Shown here: positions 1 through 9,780 of the stretch, piece after piece | Numbering within the stretch: position 1 is the stretch's first letter | How the letters are laid out: every line of letters begins with the position of its first letter | Assembly: GCA_963822945.1 (NCBI GenBank) | Contig: CAWGJO010000021.1 | Span: 64,001 to 128,000 of the forward strand | From: an uncultured Gemmatimonadaceae bacterium | Lineage (GTDB): Bacteria; Gemmatimonadota; Gemmatimonadetes; Gemmatimonadales; Gemmatimonadaceae | DNA length: 64,000 bases | Direction: 5' to 3' | Notes under the pieces: model-generated | Databases searched by the model: none | Seen by the model: only the letters and a program-made list of their open reading frames with translations | Told to the model about the DNA's origin: nothing | Program-made: the position numbers and the translations under genes

Positions 1-359
1 TCCACCGGCCAGTCGAACACGATGACGTCGCCGCGACGCGGATGCTCCAGCGCCGGCAGCCGGTCGTGCGTGAACGGGACCTCCGCTCCATAGGCAAGCT
101 TGTTGACGAGCAGGAAATCGCCCACCATCAGCGTGTTCTCCATGCTGCCGGTGGGGATCTTGAAGGCTTCGACGAAGAAGGTCCGGATGACCAGGAAGAG
201 GGCCACCGAGATCCAGAAGATCTTGGTCCACTCCCACAGGAAGGCGAGCGGGCCCGCACCCCGATTGGCCTCGCGCAACGCCTCGTTGCGCCGCTCCGGC
301 GTCACGGGTTGCGACGACGGCGCCGGATTACCTGAGGTTTCGGTGTCGTTCACTTCCAT
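1..359 (-). CDS. lepB: Signal peptidase I, partial (runs off the left edge)
   Basis: Manual translation: MEVNDTETSG...FLVIRTFFVEAFKIPTGSMENTLMVGDFLLVNK...RGDVIVF. Shows a TM helix, catalytic Ser box B (GSM) and box C (RGDVIVF). GAGAGG RBS upstream. Not in the ORF track. Confidence 0.93.
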   Translation of the reverse strand, partial: MEVNDTETSGNPAPSSQPVTPERRNEALREANRGAGPLAFLWEWTKIFWISVALFLVIRTFFVEAFKIPTGSMENTLMVGDFLLVNKLAYGAEVPFTHDRLPALEHPRRGDVIVFDWPV

Positions 360-530
360 GCAGCCTCTCGTCCTGCTCCTGCTCCTGCGCATGCCGCGAC
401 CGGGCGGGAACCGTGATTCGTGGCCGGCACGCGCGAAGTCCTGCGGGGGTCTGTGTCTGGAATTAACGGTACCCGGTGCGGGATGCAAGCAAGCCGGCGC
501 GCCCACCCGGGCGCGCCGCCCCCCCGCCGG

Positions 531-2018
531 CTAGTAGTTGTCGATCTGCGCCCGCTGCAGCGCCCCGGAGAAGTCCACATATCCCACCTTCGTCTCCGAA
601 TAGAACTCATATACCTCCCACCCGCCTTCGCGGTGGCCGTTCCCCGTCTGTTTGACCCCGCCGAACGGAAGATGTGCCTCAGCGCCGATCGTCGGCGCGT
701 TGATGTACGTGATCCCGTTGTCGAGTTCGTTCAGGGCCCGGAACGCCAGATTCACATCGCGCGTGTACAGGGATGACGACAGACCGTACTTCACGTCATT
801 GTTCACCGCGAACGCCTCGTCGGCGTCGTTCACACGCACCACCGACAGCACCGGCCCGAAGATCTCTTCCTGCTCGATGCGCATCCCCGCCTGCACCCGG
901 GCGAAGATCGTGGGCTCGAAGTACCAACCGTTCTCCAGGCCCTTCCCGGTGGCCCGGCGCCCACCGCACAGCAGGTCGGCCCCCTCGGACTGTCCCACGT
1001 CCACGTAGTGCTCCGTCTTCCGGATCGCGGCTTCGTTGATCATCGGGCCCACATCGGTTCCCGCCTTGCGGCCGTCGCCGAGCTTCAGCTGTTTCACCCG
1101 GTCCACCAGCTTCCCCAGGAACCGGTCGTGGACGCCACCCTGCACGATGAGCCGGCTGGTGGCGGTGCACCGCTGGCCGGTGGTCCCGAAGGCGCCCCAA
1201 AGCACGCCGTCGAGCGCCAGGTCCAGATCGGCATCGTCGAGCACGATCATCGCGTTCTTCCCGCCCATCTCGAGCGAGAGCCGCTTGTGCATGCGGCCGC
1301 AGGTCTCGCCGACGAGCTTCCCCGTATCGGTGGACCCGGTGAACGACACCAGCGGGATGTCGGGATGCTCCACGATCGCCTTGCCGGCCTGCTCGCCGAC
1401 GCCGTGCACCAACTGCACCACCTCGGGCGGCACCCCCGCCTCGAGCAGGATCTCCACGAACACATGCCCGGTGTGCGGCACGTCCTCGGCCGGCTTGAAG
1501 ATCACCGAATTTCCGCACAGCAGCGCCGGAAAGATCTTCCACGTGGGAATCGCCAGCGGGAAGTTGAACGGCGTGATGATGCCCGCCACGCCGATCGGCC
1601 GCCGGAAGCTCATCGCCCACTTGTTCCGGAGCTCGCTCGGCACCGTGCGGCCGAATAGCTGGCGCCCCTCCGTGGCCGCGTAATAGGCAGTGTCGATTCC
1701 CTCCTGCACGTCGCCCTTGGTCTCCGCCAACGGCTTGCCCATCTCGCGGGTCATCAGATCGGCGATCTCGTCCTTGCGCCGCACGAGCAGATCGCCGGCC
1801 CGGCGCAGTGCGTCGCCGCGGGCCGGTGCCGGCGTCCGCCGCCAGAGGTCGAAGCCGCGCTTGGCGGATTCCACGGCCCGCTGCACATCACTGGCGTCGG
1901 AGCGCGGGAACCGGCCGATCACATCGTTGTGGTCCGCCGGGTTCCGGTTCTCGAAGTATTCGCCGCTGGCCGGCTCGGTCCACTGGCCGGCGATGAAGTT
2001 CTTGAAGGTTTTCGTCAT
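531..2018 (-). CDS. Aldehyde dehydrogenase family protein
   Basis: ITPFNFP, FKPAE, FTGS, LEMGGKN (catalytic Glu), GQRCTA (catalytic Cys), EEIFGPV, PFGGVK. Confidence 0.95.
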   Translation of the reverse strand: MTKTFKNFIAGQWTEPASGEYFENRNPADHNDVIGRFPRSDASDVQRAVESAKRGFDLWRRTPAPARGDALRRAGDLLVRRKDEIADLMTREMGKPLAETKGDVQEGIDTAYYAATEGRQLFGRTVPSELRNKWAMSFRRPIGVAGIITPFNFPLAIPTWKIFPALLCGNSVIFKPAEDVPHTGHVFVEILLEAGVPPEVVQLVHGVGEQAGKAIVEHPDIPLVSFTGSTDTGKLVGETCGRMHKRLSLEMGGKNAMIVLDDADLDLALDGVLWGAFGTTGQRCTATSRLIVQGGVHDRFLGKLVDRVKQLKLGDGRKAGTDVGPMINEAAIRKTEHYVDVGQSEGADLLCGGRRATGKGLENGWYFEPTIFARVQAGMRIEQEEIFGPVLSVVRVNDADEAFAVNNDVKYGLSSSLYTRDVNLAFRALNELDNGITYINAPTIGAEAHLPFGGVKQTGNGHREGGWEVYEFYSETKVGYVDFSGALQRAQIDNY

Positions 2019-2057
2019 GGTATCTCGATCAGGAAAGGGCGTGCCCTCGTGGCACGC

Positions 2058-2537
2058 TCATTGGCACATCCAGCCGGCCGGATGGCGAAGGTCCGGCTTC
2101 GCGTAGCCGACGCGGGGCAGCACCTCCATGGAACCCAGCACGAGCCCCCACAGGAGGATTAACAGGGAGAGCACGTGAGCGCGAGCCGCGCGGTGGCGCC
2201 AGGTCCAGACGGCGCTCCACCCGCCGCTGACGGCCACCACGGTGACGGCCGCCAGGTAGGCGAACAGCCCGAACCCGCACCGGGACTCGTACGGCCAGAC
2301 GACGATCGCCACGCCCAGCACCACGGAGAGGGTGAGGCGCGCGAAGACACCGAACCCGCCGGTGGCGCGAACCGGCTTCTCGTCTGGCGTCGTGGCCCTG
2401 GCGCCCGGCGTACCCGACGGTCCCCCCGGGCGGCCCCGCGCGTCCGACGTGCGCGCCGGCACCGGCTCATCGGCGGGCATCCCCTGCAGTTGTTTGTCGA
2501 TCTTGGCGAGTTCCTTCGACCAGTCGCGTTCCGCCAC
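2058..2537 (-). CDS. Hypothetical membrane protein (3 predicted TM helices)
   Basis: GTG start after AAGGAG; charged N-terminus followed by three hydrophobic segments; co-oriented with neighbours. Confidence 0.75.
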   Translation of the reverse strand: MAERDWSKELAKIDKQLQGMPADEPVPARTSDARGRPGGPSGTPGARATTPDEKPVRATGGFGVFARLTLSVVLGVAIVVWPYESRCGFGLFAYLAAVTVVAVSGGWSAVWTWRHRAARAHVLSLLILLWGLVLGSMEVLPRVGYAKPDLRHPAGWMCQ

Positions 2538-2560
2538 GGTGGCTCCTTGCGTTGTCGTGC

Positions 2561-3937
2561 TCAGTCCGCGCCTTCGCGGCTCAGCCCGTATCGTTCCATC
2601 TTCTTGTAGAGATTCGACCGCGGCATCTCGAGCCCGCGCGCCGTCTCCGAAACGTTCCAGTCGTATTCGCGCAGCTTGGCCAGCAGGAACGCCCGCTCCG
2701 CGACCTGCCGGAATTCATCGAACGTGCGAGCCTGCATCGCCGCCCCCATCGCCGCGGCGCCCGCATCGCCGTCCCCGCCGCCCACCAGCCGGTCCACGTC
2801 CTCGACGGTGACCATCGGACCGGCCGCCAGAATCAGCAACCGCTCGATGGTGTTGCGCAATTCACGCACGTTGCCCGGCCAGTCCAGCCCGGCCAACCGA
2901 GCCGTCGCCTCGGGGGCGAACTGCCGCGGCGGCACTCCTTCGTGCTTGGTGAGCACCGCGGTGAAATGCGCGATGAGCAGCGGAATGTCCTCCCGCCGCT
3001 CGCGCAGCGGCGGCACGTGAATCGGCACGACGTGGAGCCGGTAGAACAGATCGTCGCGAAACCGTCCGGCGGCGATCTCCTCCTCGAGCTTCTTGTTGGT
3101 GGCCGCCAGCACGCGGACGTCCACCGACACCGGCTTGGCACCGCCGATGCGCGTGACCACGCCGTCCTGCAACACGCGCAGCACCTTGGCCTGCGCGGCC
3201 AGGCTCATGTCGCCGATCTCGTCCAGGAACAGCGTGCCGCCGTGCGCCTGCTCGAACTTCCCGGCCCGATCGGCGCTGGCGCCGGTGAACGAGCCCTTCA
3301 GGTGCCCGAACAGCTCGCTCTCGATCAATTCCCCGGGAATGGCCGCGCAGTTGACCTCGACGAACGGCTTCGCCGAGCGCTGCGACCGCCGGTGGATGGC
3401 GCGCGCCACCAACTCCTTGCCGGTGCCGTTCTCTCCGGTGATCAACACCCGCGCCGGCGTCGCGCCCACCTTCTCGATCTTGTCGATCACGGCCCGGATG
3501 GCCCGTGATTTGCCCACGATCTCGTAGCGCGACTCGATGGTCTCGCGCAACCGCGTATTCTCTTCGTCGAGCGCCAGGTGCGACAGCGCGTTGCGCAGCG
3601 TCACCAGGATGCGGTCGGTATCGAGCGGCTTCTCGAGAATGTCGTAGGCGCCCAGCTGCGTGGCTTCGACCGCCGTCTGGATCGTGGCGTGCCCGCTGAT
3701 CATGACCACGATCGCTTTCGGGTCGAGTTCGCGCAGCTGCCGCAGCGCCTCCAGGCCGTCCATCCCCGCCATCTTCACGTCGAGGAACACGAGTTGCGGC
3801 GTCCATCGCCGGTATTCCGCGATCCCGTCGGTGCCGTTCGACGCACCGCGGACCTCGTAGCCCTCGAACTCCAGGAGCTGCGTCAGCGCGGCGCGAACGC
3901 CCTGCTCGTCGTCGACGATGAGAATGCGGCGGCTCAT
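2561..3937 (-). CDS. Sigma-54-interacting response regulator (NtrX/NtrC family: REC-AAA+-HTH)
   Basis: ILIVDDE...FLDVKM receiver domain; GENGTGKE Walker A; ESELFGHLKGSFTGA; LFLDEIGD; WPGNVRELRN; Fis-type HTH. Start moved to ATG 3937. Confidence 0.93.
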   Translation of the reverse strand: MSRRILIVDDEQGVRAALTQLLEFEGYEVRGASNGTDGIAEYRRWTPQLVFLDVKMAGMDGLEALRQLRELDPKAIVVMISGHATIQTAVEATQLGAYDILEKPLDTDRILVTLRNALSHLALDEENTRLRETIESRYEIVGKSRAIRAVIDKIEKVGATPARVLITGENGTGKELVARAIHRRSQRSAKPFVEVNCAAIPGELIESELFGHLKGSFTGASADRAGKFEQAHGGTLFLDEIGDMSLAAQAKVLRVLQDGVVTRIGGAKPVSVDVRVLAATNKKLEEEIAAGRFRDDLFYRLHVVPIHVPPLRERREDIPLLIAHFTAVLTKHEGVPPRQFAPEATARLAGLDWPGNVRELRNTIERLLILAAGPMVTVEDVDRLVGGGDGDAGAAAMGAAMQARTFDEFRQVAERAFLLAKLREYDWNVSETARGLEMPRSNLYKKMERYGLSREGAD

Positions 3938-4016
3938 CACGAACCCGCGGCGTGGGGATGGGGGTGCATCGATCAAAGCTACCCGCGCGCGCCGCCCCCG
4001 CCAACGACGGCGCGAG

Positions 4017-4667
4017 TCACTTGAGCCCCTTGTACAGGGTGATGTGTCCATCGGCCACGCGAATGTCCACCATGTACGGCGGGGTCGGAATGGGCAGCGA
4101 CTGGGCGTGAACGCTGTCCAGCCCGGCCCCGCGCGCCACGCGTCCCAGCAGCTTCGGAATCACCGGCGAGGGAACGCTGAACCGTCCCAGCGTGATCTTC
4201 GTGACGCGGTACTCCGTGAGCCCCGGGTGCACGACATGGAAGGTCCCGGCCAGTTGCATTCGCTCGCGCTCGCCGAGCATGGACGCGAGCGGACCGAGCA
4301 CGGCACTGCCGCCGAGCTCGCGGAGTTTCACGTTCGCGCGCACGTACAACTCGTCGCCCACCACCGCCGCCGCCGCGCTGTCCGCCGGCGCCGGCATGCG
4401 CCCCATCAGCGCCTGCATCACGTACGCCGCCGCGTCACCGGCGGCGACGTTCTGGAACACCGGCCCGTTCACCTTGCGCAGGCTGTCGAGCGCCCCCTGC
4501 GCCCGGCGCGCGCCCTCGGGCGTGAGCGGCTCCCAGTGGATGGGCACCTCGGCTACCGGAGGCCGCGACAGATGGAGCGAGCTCATCCAGCGGTCGCGGG
4601 TCAGCCAGGCGCCGATGCCGAGCAGGATCAGGACCACCAGACAGCCGAGTCGTGCGATGCATCCCAT
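4017..4667 (-). CDS. Hypothetical protein with N-terminal membrane anchor
   Basis: MGCIARLGCLVVLILLGIGAWL anchor; tightly packed in the minus-strand operon. Confidence 0.75.
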   Translation of the reverse strand: MGCIARLGCLVVLILLGIGAWLTRDRWMSSLHLSRPPVAEVPIHWEPLTPEGARRAQGALDSLRKVNGPVFQNVAAGDAAAYVMQALMGRMPAPADSAAAAVVGDELYVRANVKLRELGGSAVLGPLASMLGERERMQLAGTFHVVHPGLTEYRVTKITLGRFSVPSPVIPKLLGRVARGAGLDSVHAQSLPIPTPPYMVDIRVADGHITLYKGLK

Positions 4668-4670
4668 GGG

Positions 4671-5237
4671 TCAGCGTTCCCGGAGGAGAGAGGAATGAAG
4701 CAGTTCGTGCTCCGCCCCGTCGGGACGGAGTGTGCTGCGCATGAGGTCGATGCTGCGGACGATCGCCGGGATGGGCGGCGGCGATGCGCGCTTCGCCGCC
4801 CGCGAGAGTTCGCGCAGCACGTCGACCCCGGGGCGCTGGCCCACGCGGCCGAGCGTCACGTGCGGGCGAAAGGGCTTCCCGTCGATCGGAAGGCCCAGCG
4901 CATCCGCCGCCACCTCGACGTCGTGGTGCAGGATCTCGAGCCGCGGGTCGTCATCCATACCGATCCATACGACACGAGCCCGCCGAAAGTTCGGAAAGGC
5001 CCCGAATTCGCCGAGTGACGATTCGAATGCAGCGTGCCCGTGCGCCACGCGGTCCATGGCCGTCGCCACCGCATCGGCCATCGCCTCGGGCTGCTCGCCC
5101 AGGAACTTGAGCGTCAGGTGCACGCGTCCGGCCGACACCCACGACACGCCGGGCGCCGCGTCCCGCAGCGGCGCGGCCGCCGCGTGCACCGCCGCCCGGA
5201 CCGCGGGTTCGAAGTTAATGGCGAGAAACAGCCGCAC
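4671..5237 (-). CDS. thpR: RNA 2',3'-cyclic phosphodiesterase (2H phosphoesterase)
   Basis: MRLFLAI start; two HxT motifs (HLTLKF and PHVTLGR). Confidence 0.92.
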   Translation of the reverse strand: MRLFLAINFEPAVRAAVHAAAAPLRDAAPGVSWVSAGRVHLTLKFLGEQPEAMADAVATAMDRVAHGHAAFESSLGEFGAFPNFRRARVVWIGMDDDPRLEILHHDVEVAADALGLPIDGKPFRPHVTLGRVGQRPGVDVLRELSRAAKRASPPPIPAIVRSIDLMRSTLRPDGAEHELLHSSLLRER

Positions 5238-6120
5238 CGGCCGCCGGCGGCGAAGGGGCGGCGTCCGCCGCCGTGGGCAACACGCCCGCCAGCACGTTCA
5301 GCGACCCCGACCGGTAGCCATGCGGGTCGATCTCCACGGTCGCGAACCCGGCGGAGAGGACCGCCGCGCGGATCAGCGCCGTCTGCGACGGCCGCGTCCA
5401 CCACGACAGTTCCCGCACGTCGATCTCCACGCGCGCCGTCTCGCCGTGGTGGCGCACTCGCAGATCGCCGCACACGCCGAGCTTCCGCAACTCCTCCTCG
5501 GCCACCTCGACCTGGCGCAGCCGCTCGATGGTCACGGCGGTGCCATACGGCAACCGCGACGACAGACAGGGCGACGACGGTTGCTGCCAGGTGGGGATGC
5601 CGCGCACGCGCGACCGCTCGCGGATGTCGGCCTTGGTGAGGCCCGCTTCGGCAAGCGGTGACGCGACGGCGTATTCGCGTCCGGCCTGTGCGCCCGGCCG
5701 GTAGTCGCCGCGATCGTCGGCGTTGGTCCCGTCGGCCACGACGTCGAATCCACGGCGGCGCGCTTCCGGCACGAGCCGCGTCCACAGTTCGGTCTTGCAG
5801 AAGTAGCACCGATTCGTGGGATTGGCGGCGTAGCGAGGATCGTGCAACTCGTCGGTATCGATCTCCACCACCGGCACGCCGAAATCGTCGGCCACGCGGC
5901 GCGCCATCTCCCACTGCGCGGCGGGATACGAGGCGCTCCGCCCGATGATGGCCAGCACGCCGTCGGGACCCAGCGTCTCCACGGCCACGCACGCCAGGTA
6001 CGCGGAGTCCACACCGCCACTGAAGCCCACGGCCACGCGCCCCCGGGCGCGGAGCCAGTCGACGAGCGCCTGCTCGCGAGTCAGCGACATCTGGACGGTG
6101 GAGATCTCGGGTCCCGGCAT
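5215..6120 (-). CDS. larE: ATP-dependent sulfur transferase LarE (PP-loop)
   Basis: FSGGVDS PP-loop, RCYFCK, DGTNADD..DYRPG, SSPCLSSRLPYG, LRVRHHG. Confidence 0.9.
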   Translation of the reverse strand: MPGPEISTVQMSLTREQALVDWLRARGRVAVGFSGGVDSAYLACVAVETLGPDGVLAIIGRSASYPAAQWEMARRVADDFGVPVVEIDTDELHDPRYAANPTNRCYFCKTELWTRLVPEARRRGFDVVADGTNADDRGDYRPGAQAGREYAVASPLAEAGLTKADIRERSRVRGIPTWQQPSSPCLSSRLPYGTAVTIERLRQVEVAEEELRKLGVCGDLRVRHHGETARVEIDVRELSWWTRPSQTALIRAAVLSAGFATVEIDPHGYRSGSLNVLAGVLPTAADAAPSPPAAGAAVSRH

Positions 6121-6178
6121 TGACGAATTGTAGTTTCTCCGGGCGCCGCTCGGCAGGGCAGGCCCGGCGCAACGCCGT

Positions 6179-7945
6179 TCAGCGATCGCTCGTCACCGGG
6201 CAGAGCGCCTTGAGCTGGCTGGCCACGTAGGGCCGCAGCGTCGACGCATAGTCCAGGAACTGTTGGGCGGCGTCGGGCGCCACCGACCGGCCGGTGGCCA
6301 GGTTGGTCTCCGCCTCGGCGAGCGTGGAATCGGCCAGCCGGACCAGCTCGCAGCTCTTGGCAGCCGGCGCCTCGGTGGCCGCGGCCTGACTTACCGAGAG
6401 CGCGGAGGCACCGAGCAGGAACGCCGATTCGGGCGTGGGCACGAGCCGGTTGGCCAGTTGGAGAAACTGCCGTGCGTGCTCGAAGTCCGCGCGCCGCTTC
6501 GTCCCGTTGGCGCTCGCGTAGAGCGCGTTTCCCCGCGCCAGAGCGAACTGGGCCACGGTGCCCGTCGACTCGCCGTTGGCCAACGCCGCGTCGAGCGCGG
6601 CCAGCGCGCTGTCCGGATGCTGGAGCGCCATCTCATCGTCGGCCAGCTGCAGCCAGCCGTGCGGGAGGCGCGGGTTCACGGCCAGCGCAACCCGGATCTC
6701 ACCAACCGCCTGCGCCACCGCCCCCTGGTCCTTGAGCGTCTGTGATGCGATCACGTGCAGGTCCGCCGTTTCGGGGAATCGGGCCAGCCCTCGGGTCAGG
6801 GCGGCCTGGTGCTCCTGCCGCAGGAGTTGCACGTAGAGCGAGTAGAGCGGCGCGTCATCGGGGAACCGGGTGACCCCGGTTGCCACCGTCATCAATGCGC
6901 GCACCGGCTGGCTGTCGGCCCGGTACGCGGAGGCGAGGCGCCGATAGAAGTCCGGATCCACCTTCGACGCTTCGTCGCGCGCCTCCAGACGTTGGCCGGT
7001 GGCCACGGCGGCCTTCCAGTTGGAGGTGGCCAGATGGACCAGCCACTCGAGCTTCAGCAGTTCGAGATCGTCGGGATGCGCCTTGGCGCCTCGCACGATG
7101 AGCGGCTCGGCAAGCGTCGCGTTCCCTTCGCGCGAGAGTGCGTCGACGACTCGACGAATGAGGGAGGCGTTGAGAGAATCGGTGTCGAGCAGGCGCACCC
7201 AGGCCTCGCCGGCACCGGCGGCATCGCCTTTGGCGTCGAGGGTCGTGGCCAGGTACTCGAGCGCGATCGGGCTGGCCGGCCAGCGCACCAGCAGCGCACG
7301 CGCCACCGCCACCACCGAATCCGCGTGGTCCCCCGGCATGCTCCCCAACGCGCTCAGCAGGCAGGCGCGGGCGAGCGTGGCCGGCGGGTACGCGGCGATG
7401 GCGCGAGCGGCCAGCGCCGCTGCCTTGTCGAACGCGCCGGCCCGCACGGCGTTCTCGCATTCGCGCAGCGGCACCATCTGGGAGCGCGCGGCGATGACGT
7501 CGCGGGCCACGGCCTCCGCCGCGTCCCGCACCGACCGCGCGACGGCAGTGATCGGCTGCACCATGCGCGGATCGCGTGTGAGGATGATCTGCGCGTCCAC
7601 ACGGTAGCCGGAATCCGCCGGCGTCACCGTGCCGACCACCTCCTCGTCGGTGCGGAAATGCCGCGCCACCATTTCCCGCTCCGCCGGCAGGAGCGGCATG
7701 TCCTCGTTGTAACCCGACTTTTCCAGCCAGTTCTCCACGCTGCCGGCCGAGACGACGCGCAGCCCCTTGTTGTGAAACGCATCGGCCACGCGGTTGCGCA
7801 CGATGTCCGCCGCCTCGTGCGCGGCATCGCGATCGGCGCCGCGGAACGTCGGCACCATCAGGATCTGCGTGACGAACTTGTCCTGTGCCCGCAGTGGGGC
7901 GGCGAGCATCAGCAGTCCGGCGATCAGTGCGGCGCGCTTCAGCAT
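6179..7945 (-). CDS. Secreted TPR-like alpha-helical repeat protein
   Basis: Signal peptide MLKRAALIAGLLMLAAPLRA-Q; Ala/Leu-rich helical repeats ending in P-x turns. Start moved to ATG 7945. Confidence 0.75.
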   Translation of the reverse strand: MLKRAALIAGLLMLAAPLRAQDKFVTQILMVPTFRGADRDAAHEAADIVRNRVADAFHNKGLRVVSAGSVENWLEKSGYNEDMPLLPAEREMVARHFRTDEEVVGTVTPADSGYRVDAQIILTRDPRMVQPITAVARSVRDAAEAVARDVIAARSQMVPLRECENAVRAGAFDKAAALAARAIAAYPPATLARACLLSALGSMPGDHADSVVAVARALLVRWPASPIALEYLATTLDAKGDAAGAGEAWVRLLDTDSLNASLIRRVVDALSREGNATLAEPLIVRGAKAHPDDLELLKLEWLVHLATSNWKAAVATGQRLEARDEASKVDPDFYRRLASAYRADSQPVRALMTVATGVTRFPDDAPLYSLYVQLLRQEHQAALTRGLARFPETADLHVIASQTLKDQGAVAQAVGEIRVALAVNPRLPHGWLQLADDEMALQHPDSALAALDAALANGESTGTVAQFALARGNALYASANGTKRRADFEHARQFLQLANRLVPTPESAFLLGASALSVSQAAATEAPAAKSCELVRLADSTLAEAETNLATGRSVAPDAAQQFLDYASTLRPYVASQLKALCPVTSDR

Positions 7946-8067
7946 GGGCGGATCATGGGGCGGTCCAGTATGTACCACGGTACACCACAGTGGCCAGTCC
8001 TGCGTTGCCCGGGGGTGCACGGCGTGCCGGGCGAGCGCCAAGCCCCCCGGCCGTCGTGCGTGGCGCG

Positions 8068-8589
8068 CTAGTGTCCGCCGCCCGCCGGACGTTGCCGGCG
8101 CAACCGCATCCGCCCCTCGCTCATCAGCCGGGCACGCGCTGAGTGGTCGGGGAGATAGATGCGCGTGATCCGGGCAGGTCCTACCCCCTTTACGCCGACC
8201 GGGGCCTGCCCGCTGTCCTCGAGCTGGGCCAGGGCATGGCGGGCCTGACGGATCGCCTCGGCCGGGGCGCCGGCGTCGACCCGGACGCGGTACAGGCCGG
8301 ACGCCGACGGCCGGTCCCCGTCGCGCTGCATGATCACGGAGAGCGTGGCGGCCGCCGCGGCCAGATGCTGGGGTGTCGCAGCAGCCCGCGACATCAGGAT
8401 GACGTTCGGCGGATCGACATTCGGACGCCGGAGAATGACGATGGCCTGTCCGAAATTCGCGGAGTCGGTGACGGCGACGGTCACCGCCACGCGACCCGCG
8501 GGCACGCGCTGGGCCTGCGCGGCGATCGGTGGCGCCGTCGTGACTGCAACGAGCAGGGCACCGCAGAGAACAACGGGAATTCTGGTCAT
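8068..8589 (-). CDS. Hypothetical secreted protein
   Basis: ATG 8589 after GAGGA; signal peptide MTRIPVVLCGALLVAVTTAPPIAA. The upstream part of the 392-aa track ORF is an alternative frame of the next gene. Confidence 0.65.
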   Translation of the reverse strand: MTRIPVVLCGALLVAVTTAPPIAAQAQRVPAGRVAVTVAVTDSANFGQAIVILRRPNVDPPNVILMSRAAATPQHLAAAAATLSVIMQRDGDRPSASGLYRVRVDAGAPAEAIRQARHALAQLEDSGQAPVGVKGVGPARITRIYLPDHSARARLMSEGRMRLRRQRPAGGGH

Positions 8590-8651
8590 GGGAGTCCTCG
8601 CAACGGATGAAAGGTTGATGTGGGATAGCGCACGCGGATGCCGGCGCGGTC

Positions 8652-9668
8652 TCAGCAGATGGTCTGGAGCCAGCTGCTCACCACGACCCAGGTCTTCCCT
8701 CCGTCGTACGACTCTTCGACCTGGACGAGGTACAGCGTGCAGCCATTGGACTTGGAGCCACCCAGCGGGTCCAGGACGCTCCCGTCCGACGTGCCATCGC
8801 ACCCGGACGGGTCGTAGATCAGCTGGTTGGAACAGGCGGGCGTCTTCTTGACCACGGTCGGGCAGGACGGCTGGTAGGCCGTCTTCCGGCCGATGGCGAC
8901 GGGGCCGGTGGAGCCGTACTGCTTCCACTCGAACTTCACGCTGAAGCCACCGCTGCTCCACGACACCGTCGGGATCGGCAGCTCGAACCACGCTTTGGTG
9001 GTGGCCGAGCCGTACACGAATTCCCCGCAGTCGTGGCTCAGGAACAGGTGGGCGCTGGCGGTGACGGTTCCGGCCCAGGCAATGCAGTCGGGCTGGTAGA
9101 TGCTCGCGCCCATGAGTTCCGATGCGCACGCGAGCTTCTGAAGCGCATGCCCGTCGTTCGCGCCCGTCGTCTGCGCCGGGATATCCGTCGCCCCACTCAC
9201 GTAGTTGGCGCCGAACGTGAGGTCGGCATGCGCATCGGTGCCCCAATAGTCGGCCGAGAACGTGACCAGCCCCTCGTTGCCGGACACGCGCACGTCGAGC
9301 CCCTGTTTCAGGATCTGCGCGGTGAGTGACGAGAGGTCGGTGTAGCCCGAGCCGTCATCCGGTGGCGGGGGCGCGAGCGCGGCGGACGGACCCGGCACCC
9401 GGCCGTCCCAGAAGCTCGAGGTATCCACGTAGTTCTGCAGGGCATGATGCCCATGCGCGGCCCACCGGGCGGCCGTGTGGCGGACCAGTGTGTCCGCGTC
9501 CGGCCCGCTGGCCACCACCACGTTGCCATGCCGCTGGGCGCCGGCCGTCGCGGCGGTGCTCGGCGCGCCGCGAACGGGAGGAGGCGTTGGCGTGGCGGTG
9601 GGCGATTGGTCGCACGCCGCGAGCGCGATGGCGACGGACAGCAGCGATCCCTTCCAGGCGGTTCTCAT
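8652..9668 (-). CDS. Hypothetical Cys-rich lipoprotein with a C-terminal Asp-box
   Basis: AAGGAG RBS; lipobox LAA-C; several Cys residues; SYDGGKTW near the C-terminus; terminal Cys. Confidence 0.8.
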   Translation of the reverse strand: MRTAWKGSLLSVAIALAACDQSPTATPTPPPVRGAPSTAATAGAQRHGNVVVASGPDADTLVRHTAARWAAHGHHALQNYVDTSSFWDGRVPGPSAALAPPPPDDGSGYTDLSSLTAQILKQGLDVRVSGNEGLVTFSADYWGTDAHADLTFGANYVSGATDIPAQTTGANDGHALQKLACASELMGASIYQPDCIAWAGTVTASAHLFLSHDCGEFVYGSATTKAWFELPIPTVSWSSGGFSVKFEWKQYGSTGPVAIGRKTAYQPSCPTVVKKTPACSNQLIYDPSGCDGTSDGSVLDPLGGSKSNGCTLYLVQVEESYDGGKTWVVVSSWLQTIC

Positions 9669-9780
9669 TGAGGCGTCTCCTTGTGGTGGGAGGTCAGGTC
9701 ACCCAATGCCGCCCGGCCCGGCACGGAACGAACGGCGCGCGCGGTGCGGGCATCCCCCGCCCTCGCACGCGCCAAGCGCA

